A stretch of DNA of 64,000 bases from Candidatus Sulfomarinibacteraceae bacterium (GTDB taxonomy: Bacteria > Acidobacteriota > Thermoanaerobaculia > Thermoanaerobaculales > Sulfomarinibacteraceae), in the NCBI GenBank assembly GCA_963796455.1, contig CAWCLO010000006.1, forward strand, positions 229,765-293,764, written 5' to 3'. Within the stretch, counting starts at the first letter, position 1, and the number at the start of each line of letters is the position of its first letter. A program made the translations under genes and the position numbers. Positions 9,684 to 19,444 of this stretch are shown here, one piece after another. Under the pieces are notes generated by a model. It had not been told where the DNA came from and did no database searches. It saw only the letters and a list, made by a program, of their open reading frames with translations.

Positions 9684-10247
9684 ATGATTCAAGACCATCA
9701 CGTCCTCGGTCCTCGTTATTCAACGATCCTTTTGGTCCTGTGTGTATTGGTCACCGCCGGCGGTTCCGCAGCTCCCGGTCAGAAAAATGAACCGACCACT
9801 CAGAACACCGGCCAACCGCAACTCATCGAGAAGATTGTCTACGACTCGATCGCCTGGGCCCTGACCAAGGATCGCGCACGACTCGAAAGCATCATCGCCC
9901 ACGACGACGACTACTTCTCCTTCCACCCCGACGGGTTGGACGGGGTGCACGGTTATGCCGAGTTCGAACAGGGTTTCGATCTGTGGATGGATCCGCGATT
10001 CGAAGCGACCACCACGGAGGTCCGACAGTTCCGCTGCCACCTCTCGCGATCGGGAAATGTCGCCTGGTTCTCCGCTATCCTCGATGACTGCTTCACCTGG
10101 GACGGGCGGCCAGGTTGCTGGAAGGACACGCGCTGGACCGGCGTGCTCGAGAAACGCGAGGGAAAGTGGTTGATCGTGCAGATGCACTTCTCCTTTGCGG
10201 CGGATCGCAACAACAACTCTCCCTCCGAGGACGAGACAATGGAGTAG
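9684..10247 (+). CDS. Secreted NTF2-like (SnoaL/DUF4440-like) protein
   Basis: Internal ATG of ORF 9615..10247, with a hydrophobic signal LLVLCVLVTAGGSAA. The C-terminal W.GVLEKREGKWLIVQMHFS pattern is typical of NTF2-like folds. Confidence 0.55.
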   Translation: MIQDHHVLGPRYSTILLVLCVLVTAGGSAAPGQKNEPTTQNTGQPQLIEKIVYDSIAWALTKDRARLESIIAHDDDYFSFHPDGLDGVHGYAEFEQGFDLWMDPRFEATTTEVRQFRCHLSRSGNVAWFSAILDDCFTWDGRPGCWKDTRWTGVLEKREGKWLIVQMHFSFAADRNNNSPSEDETME

Positions 10248-10276
10248 GGTCGAAAGGGCACCGAAAGGACAGGACG

Positions 10277-10969
10277 ATGAGAACCATCGGTTTGGTTGGC
10301 GGCATGACCCCCGAGTCCACCGGCATTTATTACAGACTGCTGATTCAGGGCGCCAGAAAACCGGCCGGCGATCCTCTCGAAAACCCCGAAGTGGTCATCT
10401 ACAGCCTCAACCTCACCGAGGTTGTTCAATTGCAGCGCCTGGGCGATCGGCGGGAAGTTGCCGCCTACCTCGCTACCATTCTGGAACGGCTCAGGTCAGC
10501 CGGCGCCGAGGTCGGAGCCCTGACCGCCAACACGCCCCACGTCTACCTCGACGAGATCCGGGCAGAGACTGCCCTCCCCCTGGTCAGTATCGTCTCGGCC
10601 ACCCGGGATGCCGCCCGCGATGGTGGTCTCAGACGAGCCCTCCTCCTGGGAACCAGGACGACCATGGAGGCGGAGATGTACCCTCACGAATTTGCCGAGG
10701 CGGGAATCGAAATCGTCCTCCCCGACCAAGAAGATCGCGAGTTCCTGGATCACACCATCTATGGCGAGCTGGCGCTCGGCAAGGTCAGACCCTTGGTTCG
10801 ACAACGCACCCACGACATCTGCACCCGGCACATCGAAGAGGACGGTGTCGACTGCGTGATCCTCGGTTGCACCGAACTCCCGCTCGTGATCTCCCGCGAC
10901 GATTTTTCGATCGAGGTGTTGGACACCACCGAGATCCACGTCAAGGCGATCCTCGCCGCGGCCTCCTGA
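10277..10969 (+). CDS. Aspartate/glutamate racemase-family protein
   Basis: MRTIGLVGGMTPESTGIYY at the N-terminus and a second catalytic region, VILGCTELPLV; the real start is within ORF 10115..10969. Confidence 0.85.
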   Translation: MRTIGLVGGMTPESTGIYYRLLIQGARKPAGDPLENPEVVIYSLNLTEVVQLQRLGDRREVAAYLATILERLRSAGAEVGALTANTPHVYLDEIRAETALPLVSIVSATRDAARDGGLRRALLLGTRTTMEAEMYPHEFAEAGIEIVLPDQEDREFLDHTIYGELALGKVRPLVRQRTHDICTRHIEEDGVDCVILGCTELPLVISRDDFSIEVLDTTEIHVKAILAAAS

Positions 10970-10981
10970 TCGCTTTCGTCC

Positions 10982-11557
10982 TCACATCGCCGGCGGATCG
11001 ATGGCGTCCGGCACCTGATTCGAAACAGCCGGAATCGATTGCAGGTAAGCAAAGATCGCCTGGAGGTCTTCCTCCGTGGCCATCGCGAGATTGAACCACG
11101 GCATCGGCGGCAAAATGGGGCGTCCGATGCCCCGGTGCGTTCCGGTCCGCATCCCTGCAATGAATTCCTCCTCGGCCCAGTCACCGAGACCGGTGTCCTC
11201 ATCCGGTGTGAGGTTGGCCGCGAAGCTGACGCCCCACGGTCCTACCGTCGCGGATAAATGTTCGTTGAACCGCACCCACTCTCCCGGACCCACATTGTCG
11301 AAGGTATAGTCCGGCAATTCGAGGTCCTCGGGGTGGCCTGAAAGCAACCTTCCCTGATCCAGACTCGCACCACCACCCGAAAAGACCTTGGGCGTGTGGC
11401 AGTCGTTGCATCCTCCAATCGTCACGAGGTACTGGCCGCGTTCGACCATCTCCGCCGCCGTCGGCGGAAGGGGGTCGCTCGGCAGGCAGGCTCCGAGCAG
11501 AATCGTCCCGCCGAGCATCAGCACTCCAGCTACCGAAAAAGAACGCGCGTACTTCAT
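10982..11557 (-). CDS. c-type cytochrome (mono-haem), secreted or lipoprotein
   Basis: GGAGGAA RBS, signal peptide with LLGAC, and the haem-binding motif CNDCH. Confidence 0.8.
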   Translation of the reverse strand: MKYARSFSVAGVLMLGGTILLGACLPSDPLPPTAAEMVERGQYLVTIGGCNDCHTPKVFSGGGASLDQGRLLSGHPEDLELPDYTFDNVGPGEWVRFNEHLSATVGPWGVSFAANLTPDEDTGLGDWAEEEFIAGMRTGTHRGIGRPILPPMPWFNLAMATEEDLQAIFAYLQSIPAVSNQVPDAIDPPAM

Positions 11558-11643
11558 GGTTTCCTCCAGGCACGCTCGATGTGTTGTTCTGTTGATCAGG
11601 TTGAAATGTAGAGACTGAATCGCAGAATGTCAATGAAGTCTCC

Positions 11644-11702
11644 GCGGCACCCCATTGAATTCCACTGACGACAAGCTCATCCCTCACTCCAAAGGGCGCA
11701 AC
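11644..11702 (+). repeat. Degenerate outlying copy of the family-2 intergenic module
   Basis: GCGGCACCCCAT is followed by CACTGACGACAAGCTCA. The latter is near-identical to CACTGACGACAACCTCA in the copy at 33424..33440. Confidence 0.4.
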
Positions 11703-11794
11703 TCAACAACCAAACAATGTGAACCCTTTGTGCGTCGCTCCGATAGCATTCGGCTCCGCTTTGACACAATGGTGTTGGACCGCATCGACCGAAC

Positions 11795-13378
11795 ATGACG
11801 CCAAGGGAGGGGATCGCGGTGAAAGTTGCCGGCCACTGGTGGATTCTGATCGCAGCGGTAGCGGTCGCTTCTGCCAGCGGCTGCACGCACAGTGGCCCCG
11901 ACCCGTTCATCTACGGGCCGGAAGATATGGGGCGCGAACGGGCATGGCCGCCCGATTGCTTCACGGCCCCACTCGCGGGCTGCGTCGACGACCCCACTCA
12001 ACGCGACCCGATCGACCGCCTGGCGTCACCCTGGAGCGAGGTTTTCGGGCCCGATCTTGCCCATCGCATCTGTCGAGGTGATAGCGAAGCCCGACGGAGA
12101 TGGCTGGATGGGGCGCGTCAGCTCGCCGAGAGCGACCCACGCGAGCCAATCTACCTTCAGTTCCTCGACCGCTGCTCCTCGTCAGACTTCTGCGACTGGG
12201 CGATCGAGATGGCCGGCAGCGATCTCGAAGCCCTTCCGGCTCGCAACCTTTTGTTCGAAAGTGCGCGTCGGTGGTGCCCCGAGGTTCTCGAACCCGACAC
12301 CCTGGACCGGATCGGATCGAGTCTCGGTCGATCCGTTGCAAACGAGCCACCTTGGGTCACGAACAGCCAACAGATCCAATGTAAGGGCGTCTCGATACAA
12401 AAAGATCCCTGGCCGGACATGGTCGATCTCCACAAGGCTGGGTGCCTGGATCTCACTCAGTGGATCGAGCACCATCGCGACACGATCGATGAAACCGCGG
12501 CCGCCCTCGAGCGCTGCGTGCAGGGCAGCGAGATCCGCTACCAGGAAGCAAATTGTCTGCGCGAACTGGCCGGCCTCGACCGCGAACGAGCCGTCGCGTT
12601 GGTGCGTTCGGATGACCGCCGTGGGTGGGGAATCTCGTCGACGATCACGCGCTACGCCCGTGTCCTGTTGCGTTTCCCCGAAGCAGGTCAGCTCGAGGCC
12701 GAGCTGGCCCGACTCGGGCTCCTCCCCGTCCGGTCAATGCCAACGGCCGTCCCTGGACTGTCGCCGGTGCTTCCAGTCGAGGTGCTCGAGCAACGCGGCC
12801 GGCTTGCCAGATTCAACCCCGGTTGTTCGGCTCGTTACTGCGAACACTCGCCCTTGATCTACCAACTCATCGACCTCGTGTCACCCGTGCTCGATGAAGT
12901 CGTGATCGAAGAACGATGGCCGGCCCTCGAGGCAGCCGACCTCGGATCCGGACCGAAATCGGTCTCGACCTCGATCGGTGGGATTCCGGTCACGCTCGGA
13001 GTAGAAGATCACGAAGACCGCGGTTTCGACCGTGAGGACCACGATCGGTTACGGGCCGCCATCGAGAGCGCACGCGAACAGCCACACCTCCTGACCGCAT
13101 ACTCCGGCGGACACGCCTACCGGCTGCAGATTCGCAACCTGGGCGACTGGTACGACCTCGAAACCATACTGGGTGGACTGAACTCGATCCTCTCCGATCT
13201 CGGCAGCGATCTCCGGTATGCGACTCTGGACCCACATTGCATACCCTGTGCACAGGTCGTTGCTGGTCCGCAAAAAGGCCTGATCGACGCCGCCTTCAAA
13301 GGATTGATCGAAGTGACCGATCCGTTCAAGGAGCTGTGGACACAACGCGGTTTCGATTCCAACCGGGTCCTTCCTTGA
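11795..13378 (+). CDS. Hypothetical secreted protein or lipoprotein
   Basis: 527-aa ORF. The more likely start is GTG at 11819, after GGGAGGGG. The N-terminus is KVAGHWWILIAAVAVASASGC. No family recognised. Confidence 0.55.
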   Translation: MTPREGIAVKVAGHWWILIAAVAVASASGCTHSGPDPFIYGPEDMGRERAWPPDCFTAPLAGCVDDPTQRDPIDRLASPWSEVFGPDLAHRICRGDSEARRRWLDGARQLAESDPREPIYLQFLDRCSSSDFCDWAIEMAGSDLEALPARNLLFESARRWCPEVLEPDTLDRIGSSLGRSVANEPPWVTNSQQIQCKGVSIQKDPWPDMVDLHKAGCLDLTQWIEHHRDTIDETAAALERCVQGSEIRYQEANCLRELAGLDRERAVALVRSDDRRGWGISSTITRYARVLLRFPEAGQLEAELARLGLLPVRSMPTAVPGLSPVLPVEVLEQRGRLARFNPGCSARYCEHSPLIYQLIDLVSPVLDEVVIEERWPALEAADLGSGPKSVSTSIGGIPVTLGVEDHEDRGFDREDHDRLRAAIESAREQPHLLTAYSGGHAYRLQIRNLGDWYDLETILGGLNSILSDLGSDLRYATLDPHCIPCAQVVAGPQKGLIDAAFKGLIEVTDPFKELWTQRGFDSNRVLP

Positions 13379-13538
13379 GCCTGGATGCCGTCACAACGAG
13401 CGCCGCTACCACCGCCGTGCCCTGGGTCGACCTCATCGATCGAAGAATGGTGCAGCCCCAGTTATCCGGTCACGTTGGGATCGTCTGATCCGAGGCACCA
13501 GAAAAAACCCAATGTTCCGCACGGCGTAAAATAGGGCG

Positions 13539-14975
13539 ATGATCCGTATTTTCAACCTTGGAATCAGCGACACACGATGGCCGATACGCCGCTGCGCTGT
13601 GTGGTGTTCCTCTCTGCTTCTCGTGTGTTCGAGCGCGCTGGCGGAAACCAAAGCCCCACCGATCTCGCCCGACGAACTCCTCACAGGTTCAGCACTCGGA
13701 CTGGACTCTGAAACACCGGACACCATTGTCGGCAGCGACGAGGTGATGGCGCTGAGCGATGACATGCGGCGATTCCTCGACAAGCATGTCAGCGATCGGC
13801 TCGAAGAGTCTTATCGGCTCGAACGACTGGTTCGCGCAGTCCTCGGCAAGAACACCTTCGGCCTCGTGTACGACGACAACACACGGACCGCCGCTGAAAC
13901 CTTCACGGCAAAACGCGGCAACTGCCTGTCCTTCACAATCATGTTTGTCGTGTTGGCCCGCGGGGTGGGGCTCAACGCCCGCTTCCAGGAGGTCGAGATT
14001 CCACCCGAATGGACCTTTGCCAACGACACCTACATCTTGAACCGGCACATCAACATCAATTTTGATCTCAAGGTCGTCGGCCAGCGCATGGTCGATTTCA
14101 ACATCGAGGACTTCGACTCTGAATACGATATGCGCCTGGTTTCCGACCAGAGGGCGCTGGCCCACTTCTTCAACAACCTCGGCGCAGCACTCTTGCAGCA
14201 GGGTGACACCGAGGCTGCATTCCACGCCTTTCGCAAAGCCCTCAGCGAAAACGACCGGAGCTTCGCCCCCGCGTGGGACAATCTCGGCACCCTCTACAGC
14301 AGAAAGGGCCTCGGTTTCCATGCCGAAACTGCATATCTTCAGGCCCTCGAAATCGATCCCTTCGACCTCATCGCCATGAGCAACCTGACCACCGTTTATG
14401 ACCGGCGTGGCGACCCGGAGCTGGCGGCGAGTTATCGAAACAAGGTCAACTCACATCGGAAGAAAAACCCCTACTACCGGTACCAACTGGCCCGGAAGGC
14501 CTTCTTCGCCGAGGACTACGACGAGGCAATCGACCACCTCAAGTTCGCGATGCGGCAGGACAAGACCGAGGACCGTTTTTGTTTTCTGCTCGGTCTCGTC
14601 GATCTGCAGATGGGCGACCAGGAAAAATCCCGGAAGTGGATGGCCCGGGCCGAAAAACTAGCCGGGGACGACCCCTTAACGGCGTCTACTCCGCCAAGAT
14701 GGAAAGGCTCGAGAAGGCTTCGAGGTAGGCCTTTCCGTCTTCGTGATTCTGAGCGGAGCCCGGAGGGGGCGACACCATTTTCTGCCGCCCCTTCAGGGCT
14801 TCGATTTTTGGATGGCCCCGAAACCTGGGGCTCACGCCCCAGGCTAATATTTTGTCGCCGCTCCGCGGCTCAGGGGCTACCCTCCCTGCAAAATGTTTTC
14901 CCTGATGTACCTGAGTGGTCGTGGAGCAACCTGTCGCCGCCCCGCGGCCCGGATCGGCACTTGAGGATTGGTTAA
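13539..14975 (+). CDS. Transglutaminase-like cysteine peptidase domain plus TPR repeats; the annotated 3' end is doubtful
   Basis: Signal peptide, then RGNCLSFTIMFVVLARGVG (transglutaminase-like Cys) and TPR-like repeats (AWDNLGTLYSRKG..., YQLARKAFF...). Beyond about 14672 the ORF reads through family-1 repeats. A neighbouring frame ends naturally at 14728 (...VYSAKMERLEKASR*). Confidence 0.75.
   Translation: MIRIFNLGISDTRWPIRRCAVWCSSLLLVCSSALAETKAPPISPDELLTGSALGLDSETPDTIVGSDEVMALSDDMRRFLDKHVSDRLEESYRLERLVRAVLGKNTFGLVYDDNTRTAAETFTAKRGNCLSFTIMFVVLARGVGLNARFQEVEIPPEWTFANDTYILNRHININFDLKVVGQRMVDFNIEDFDSEYDMRLVSDQRALAHFFNNLGAALLQQGDTEAAFHAFRKALSENDRSFAPAWDNLGTLYSRKGLGFHAETAYLQALEIDPFDLIAMSNLTTVYDRRGDPELAASYRNKVNSHRKKNPYYRYQLARKAFFAEDYDEAIDHLKFAMRQDKTEDRFCFLLGLVDLQMGDQEKSRKWMARAEKLAGDDPLTASTPPRWKGSRRLRGRPFRLRDSERSPEGATPFSAAPSGLRFLDGPETWGSRPRLIFCRRSAAQGLPSLQNVFPDVPEWSWSNLSPPRGPDRHLRIG
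14743..14873. repeat. Family-1-related inverted pair flanking a perfect hairpin
   Basis: GTGATTCTGAGCGGAGCCCGGAGGGGGCGACACC (14743..14776) faces GTCGCCGCTCCGCGGCTCAGG (14854..14873). Between them is CCTGGGGC-TCAC-GCCCCAGG (14824..14843). Confidence 0.65.
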
Positions 14976-15016
14976 GCCTGGTACCGCACTTTCGGATCGA
15001 TCCCGCGCGTGCCTCC

Positions 15017-15177
15017 AGATCCTTCGACTACGCGCCGGAGGCGCTTCCGCTCAGGATGACATATTGAAGGATGACTGGCTCCAACCGGTAGTCCCGCGAG
15101 GAAGCGCTCTGCCTATGGGACAGGCTGCAATATGTCATCCTGAGCGGAGCCCCGCAGGGGGCGCAGTCGAAGGATCT
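15017..15177. repeat. Family-1 REP/MITE-like element: two 46-nt copies in inverted orientation
   Basis: 15017..15062 reads AGATCCTTCGACTACGCGCCGGAGGCGCTTCCGCTCAGGATGACAT. 15132..15177 reads ATGTCATCCTGAGCGGAGCCCCGCAGGGGGCGCAGTCGAAGGATCT. Confidence 0.8.
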
Positions 15178-15218
15178 GCGCTTTCGGGTCTTCCCATCGA
15201 TCCCATTGGTTCTTCGAC

Positions 15219-17633
15219 TCACTCCGCCTTCAGGATGATGGTCGGGTTGACCCGGGCGGCGCGCAGAGCGGGCACGAGACAGGCAATCGTGGCGACGAGC
15301 GCAAAACCCAGAGCTGTCGTCACGAAGGTCATCGCATCCGTCGCCTCGACGCCGAACAAAAGCCTCTCGACGAGATTGGTGGCCCAGTAGGACGCGATCA
15401 AACCGATGGCGACTCCGATCCCTACCAATGCCATCCCGCGGGTCAACACGAGCTTTGCCACCTGCCGCGCCGTTGCACCAAATGTCATGCGAACGCCGAT
15501 CTCGTGGTGTCGTTGCGCCACGAAATATGCGAGCACTCCATAAAGACCCACCAGCGCCAGAAGAACCGCGATGAAGGAGAGCAGACCGAGCGCCGACGTG
15601 ATCACCCGAAAGTCCGACAGCGCGTCGTCGATGATCGACTCCATGGTCTGAGGGTCGGCCAAGGGGACGTTCGTGGCCATGGATTTGACGATCCCACGGA
15701 TCGGGCCGATCAGAGCGGTGGGTTCGGTGAGCGTCCGGACGGTGAGTTCCATCCGAGTACCGGCGTTTTGCGAATAGGACATGTACATTGCGTGGAAGGG
15801 ATCGCTGGTGACTCTCCGCAGTCGCGCATTGCCGACCACTCCGACAATCTCATGCAGAGTCAGCTCACCCATATCAACGAGCAGTTTTTTTCCGAGAGGG
15901 TTTTCACCGGGGAAGAACAGCTCCGCCAGTGACTGCGTTATGACCATGACCCTGGGGGCGTCGGGGGAATCGGTCGCGGCGAGGTCCCGTCCCGCCAGCA
16001 ACGGGATGCCCATCGTCTCGAGATAGCCGGGAGTTGCTACCCGAAAATCCGCCGAACGGGCCATGCTCGCCTGCCGGTCCTCCGGCGGCTGGTCTTCGGC
16101 GTAGAGGTAGATATTGCCGCCGCCATGAATCACCGGGAGCCGACTGACCAGACCCGCGGAGCCAACACCAGGCAGCGCACGAACCTCCTCGATCAGTGAC
16201 TCGAAGAAACTGATGCGCTCTTCCGGAGAGGGATAGTCGCTTTCGGTAAGCCAGACACCGGCCGTCAATACATTTTCGGAGTCGAAACCGGGATCGATGT
16301 TCATCTGTTTCGCCAGAGAGCGGATCAAAAGCCCGGCGCCGATCAACAACAGGACCGAGATCGCGACCTGGGCCACGACGAATGCGTTGCGCAGCATCGA
16401 TCCGCGCTGCGCCCAGGTGGCGCGAGTCCCGGTCTTGAGCTGTTGCGAAGGATCGACGATGGTGCCCTGGAGCGCCGGTACCAGACCAAAGAGGATGCCC
16501 GTCGCGCCGGAAACGACAAGCGCGAACAGAAGCACCGGCACGCTGACCGCCGGACGGGTGATCCCGAGATTACCGAGGGGCAGGAGGCGAATCAGAACCC
16601 CCTGGAACAACAAAGCCAGCACCACGCCGACCGCGCCCGCCATCAGGGACATGAGCGTGCTCTCGGTGAGGAGCTGTCGCACCAGCCGGCGGCGCGAAGC
16701 CCCCATGGCCGAGCGAACCGCGATCTCGGTGAGGCGGCCCTGCCCCCGCGCCAAAAGAAGCCCCGCAACATTACTGCATGCCAACAGCAGCACCAGCGAA
16801 ACGGCACCCATCAGCAGCAACAGACTCGGGCGCACGTTTTCGACCAATGCTTTGTGTAAACCGGTCACATCGAGCGCCTTGTTTTCATTGCTCTCCGGAT
16901 AGAGTTGCTGCAGACGAGCGGAAATGGTGCTCACCTCGGCCTGGGCCTGACCCACCGAGACACCCGGTAGGAGCCGCCCGACCAGAAGCAGATTGTGCCA
17001 TCGACGGGCTCCGGCCCCGGGCCCGTTGCGAAAGGTCAACCGCCAGATATCCGCTTCGGTCATGAAGAAAAAACCGGCCGGGAGCACGCCAACCACCGTG
17101 GCCGGTGAACCATTCATGATGATCGAGCTGCCCACCGCATCCGCAGCTCCACCGAGGGTGCTCTGCCAGTAGGCGTGGCTCACCATGACCACGTTGGGGC
17201 CATCCTCAACACCCTCCGAAGCCGTGAAGAGCCGGCCGGCCGCGGGTCTGGTGCGCAGGGTCTGGAAGAGATCCCAGGTACAGAAAGCGCTGTCCACCAA
17301 AGATGCTTCAGCACCCGAACGGATGTTGACCCGACCGCCGTACATGAATGCAGACAGGTTTTCGAAAGATTTGCTCTGATCACGATAATCGTAATAGTCA
17401 TAACCCGAGACCCACGGGTTGACGCGGCCGTTGAAGGTGGCCCTGCCCATGACCAGGCGATCGGGTTCGTCAAAGGGAAGGCTGCTCAGAAGCACCGCGT
17501 GAATCGTCCCGAACATGGCGGTCGTAGCGCCGATGCCGATGGCCAGAGTCACGATCACCGCGGCGGTGAAACCGGGCCTCTTCTTCATCATCCGGAGAGC
17601 AAACTTCAGATCGGCAGAAAGGTTGCGCGACAT
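15219..17633 (-). CDS. ADOP-family duplicated ABC-type permease (two MacB-like FtsX modules), intact
   Basis: ATG at 17633 follows GGAGGAG. LKFALRMMKKRPGFTAAVIVTLAIGIGATTAMF is the typical ADOP N-terminus, and two FtsX-like 4-TM modules are present. The C-terminus is AARVNPTIILKAE. Confidence 0.9.
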   Translation of the reverse strand: MSRNLSADLKFALRMMKKRPGFTAAVIVTLAIGIGATTAMFGTIHAVLLSSLPFDEPDRLVMGRATFNGRVNPWVSGYDYYDYRDQSKSFENLSAFMYGGRVNIRSGAEASLVDSAFCTWDLFQTLRTRPAAGRLFTASEGVEDGPNVVMVSHAYWQSTLGGAADAVGSSIIMNGSPATVVGVLPAGFFFMTEADIWRLTFRNGPGAGARRWHNLLLVGRLLPGVSVGQAQAEVSTISARLQQLYPESNENKALDVTGLHKALVENVRPSLLLLMGAVSLVLLLACSNVAGLLLARGQGRLTEIAVRSAMGASRRRLVRQLLTESTLMSLMAGAVGVVLALLFQGVLIRLLPLGNLGITRPAVSVPVLLFALVVSGATGILFGLVPALQGTIVDPSQQLKTGTRATWAQRGSMLRNAFVVAQVAISVLLLIGAGLLIRSLAKQMNIDPGFDSENVLTAGVWLTESDYPSPEERISFFESLIEEVRALPGVGSAGLVSRLPVIHGGGNIYLYAEDQPPEDRQASMARSADFRVATPGYLETMGIPLLAGRDLAATDSPDAPRVMVITQSLAELFFPGENPLGKKLLVDMGELTLHEIVGVVGNARLRRVTSDPFHAMYMSYSQNAGTRMELTVRTLTEPTALIGPIRGIVKSMATNVPLADPQTMESIIDDALSDFRVITSALGLLSFIAVLLALVGLYGVLAYFVAQRHHEIGVRMTFGATARQVAKLVLTRGMALVGIGVAIGLIASYWATNLVERLLFGVEATDAMTFVTTALGFALVATIACLVPALRAARVNPTIILKAE

Positions 17634-17822
17634 CAGATCTCCTCCTCTGGTCAAAGAGACGGGTATCCGTCAGCATAACGAACCCCTGAAATGACTGTCA
17701 TCAATATGTGAGATACGGATTACAGGTAAATGGTTTCATGGTGGGTTTTGTGTGAACGGCAGTTGAGAAGACCCTGCTATTCTCTCCCACGTCCGGGAGA
17801 ACCCGGTGAAATCGGGAGGCAC

Positions 17823-19352
17823 ATGGCAGCTGTAAAAATCGGAACTGTCGCCTTTGACAACGAACGTTACCTGGCCGAGCAGAGCGAAGCGATCCTCGAA
17901 CGGATGCGGCAGGTGGGCGGCAAGCTCTACCTCGAGTTCGGCGGCAAGCTTCTTTTCGACTACCACGCCTCGCGTGTCCTGCCCGGTTTTGACCCCAACG
18001 TGAAAATGCGCCTTTTGCGGCGTCTCGCCAACCAGACCGAGATCATCCTCTGTGTGTACGCGGGGGACATCGATCGCCGCAAGGTTCGGGCGGACTTCGG
18101 CATCACCTACGATGCCGATACCTTCAAGCTGATCGACGATCTCCGCGACAACGAGCTCGAGGTGCGCGCGGTGGTCATCACCCGATACGAAGACCAGCCT
18201 GCCGCCGAGACCTTCGCCAACAAACTGCAGCGACGCGGCATCACGGTCCACACCCACCGACCGATTCCCGGTTACCCGGCCGATGTGTCCCGGGTGGTGA
18301 GCGATGAAGGATACGGCGCCAACGCGTATGTTGAAACCGACGCCCAGCTCGTGGTCGTCAACGCGCCGGGCCCGAACAGCGGCAAGATGGGCACCTGCCT
18401 TTCGCAGGTTTACCACGAGCACCAGCGGGGGGTGCGGGCCGGCTACGCCAAGTTCGAGACCTTCCCGATCTGGAACCTGCCGTTGCGCCACCCGGTCAAC
18501 GCAGCCTACGAGGCCGCCACCGCCGAACTGCACGATGTCAACATGATCGATCCCTTCCATCTCGAGGCCCACGACGAGCGCTCGGTCAATTACAACCGCG
18601 ACATCGAGGCCTTTCCCCTGCTCAAACGAATCCTCGAAAAGATCACCGGTGAATCCATGTACCAGTCGCCCACCGACATGGGGGTCAACCGGGCGGGCTT
18701 CGCCATCATCGACGACGAAGCCGCGCAGGCGGCGGGCAAGAGCGAGATCATTCGCCGCTACTTCCGCTATGCCTGCGACGAGGTCCTCGGTCTCGAAGAC
18801 GGCGCTGCCGTTCGCCGGATCGAAGCCTTGATGGAGGAGTTTGATCTGAAGCCGGAAGACCGGTCGGTGGTGCGACCCGCCCGAAAGGCCGCAACCGACG
18901 CCGAAGACAAGGCCGACAAGGGCCACCACGGTGTATTCTCGGGTGCCGCCATTGAGCTGCCGGACGGAGAGATCGTCACCGGACACAACAGCCCGCTGAT
19001 GCACGCCTCGGCAGCCCTGGTCTTGAACGCCATCAAGGTGATGGCCGGCATCCCCAAACACCTCGATCTGATCAGTCTGCCGGTGGTCGAATCCATCGGC
19101 ACCCTGCGCAAGGATCTTCTCGGCCGGGGCTCCATCAGCCTCAACCTGGAGGAGACTCTGATCGCGCTCAGCATCAGTTCCACCACCAACCCCACCGCGC
19201 AGCAGGCGATGCGCCAGCTGCCGAGTATCAAAGGCTGTGATCTCCACCTCACCCATCTGCCGACACCTGGAGACGAACGTGGTCTGCGGCGCCTCGGCGT
19301 CAAGCTGACCTGTGATCCCAGCTTTGCGAGCAACAAGCTTTTTGTGTCGTAG
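17823..19352 (+). CDS. DUF1846 / UPF0371-family protein
   Basis: From MAAVKIG: GKLYLEFGGKLLFDYHASRVLPGFDPN, YAKFETFPIWNLPLRHPVNAAYEAATAELHDVNMIDPFHL and SPTDMGVN. These blocks are colinear with UPF0371 proteins as I recall them. Confidence 0.85.
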   Translation: MAAVKIGTVAFDNERYLAEQSEAILERMRQVGGKLYLEFGGKLLFDYHASRVLPGFDPNVKMRLLRRLANQTEIILCVYAGDIDRRKVRADFGITYDADTFKLIDDLRDNELEVRAVVITRYEDQPAAETFANKLQRRGITVHTHRPIPGYPADVSRVVSDEGYGANAYVETDAQLVVVNAPGPNSGKMGTCLSQVYHEHQRGVRAGYAKFETFPIWNLPLRHPVNAAYEAATAELHDVNMIDPFHLEAHDERSVNYNRDIEAFPLLKRILEKITGESMYQSPTDMGVNRAGFAIIDDEAAQAAGKSEIIRRYFRYACDEVLGLEDGAAVRRIEALMEEFDLKPEDRSVVRPARKAATDAEDKADKGHHGVFSGAAIELPDGEIVTGHNSPLMHASAALVLNAIKVMAGIPKHLDLISLPVVESIGTLRKDLLGRGSISLNLEETLIALSISSTTNPTAQQAMRQLPSIKGCDLHLTHLPTPGDERGLRRLGVKLTCDPSFASNKLFVS

Positions 19353-19444
19353 CCCGCATTTTTCACCGGTTTTCGGAACCGCCGCATTTGTCTGCTTGGA
19401 ATCGATTTCAACCACCGGTTTCGCCCCGACACCAGCCCGGGCAC

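Noticed and set aside
9355-9723. 122-aa minus-strand ORF in the AT-richer spacer between asmA and the NTF2-like gene
   Set aside because: No convincing RBS, no motifs, and it overlaps the upstream region of the + gene. A TTGACA at about 9267 has no properly spaced -10 element. Evidence is insufficient to call a gene or promoter.
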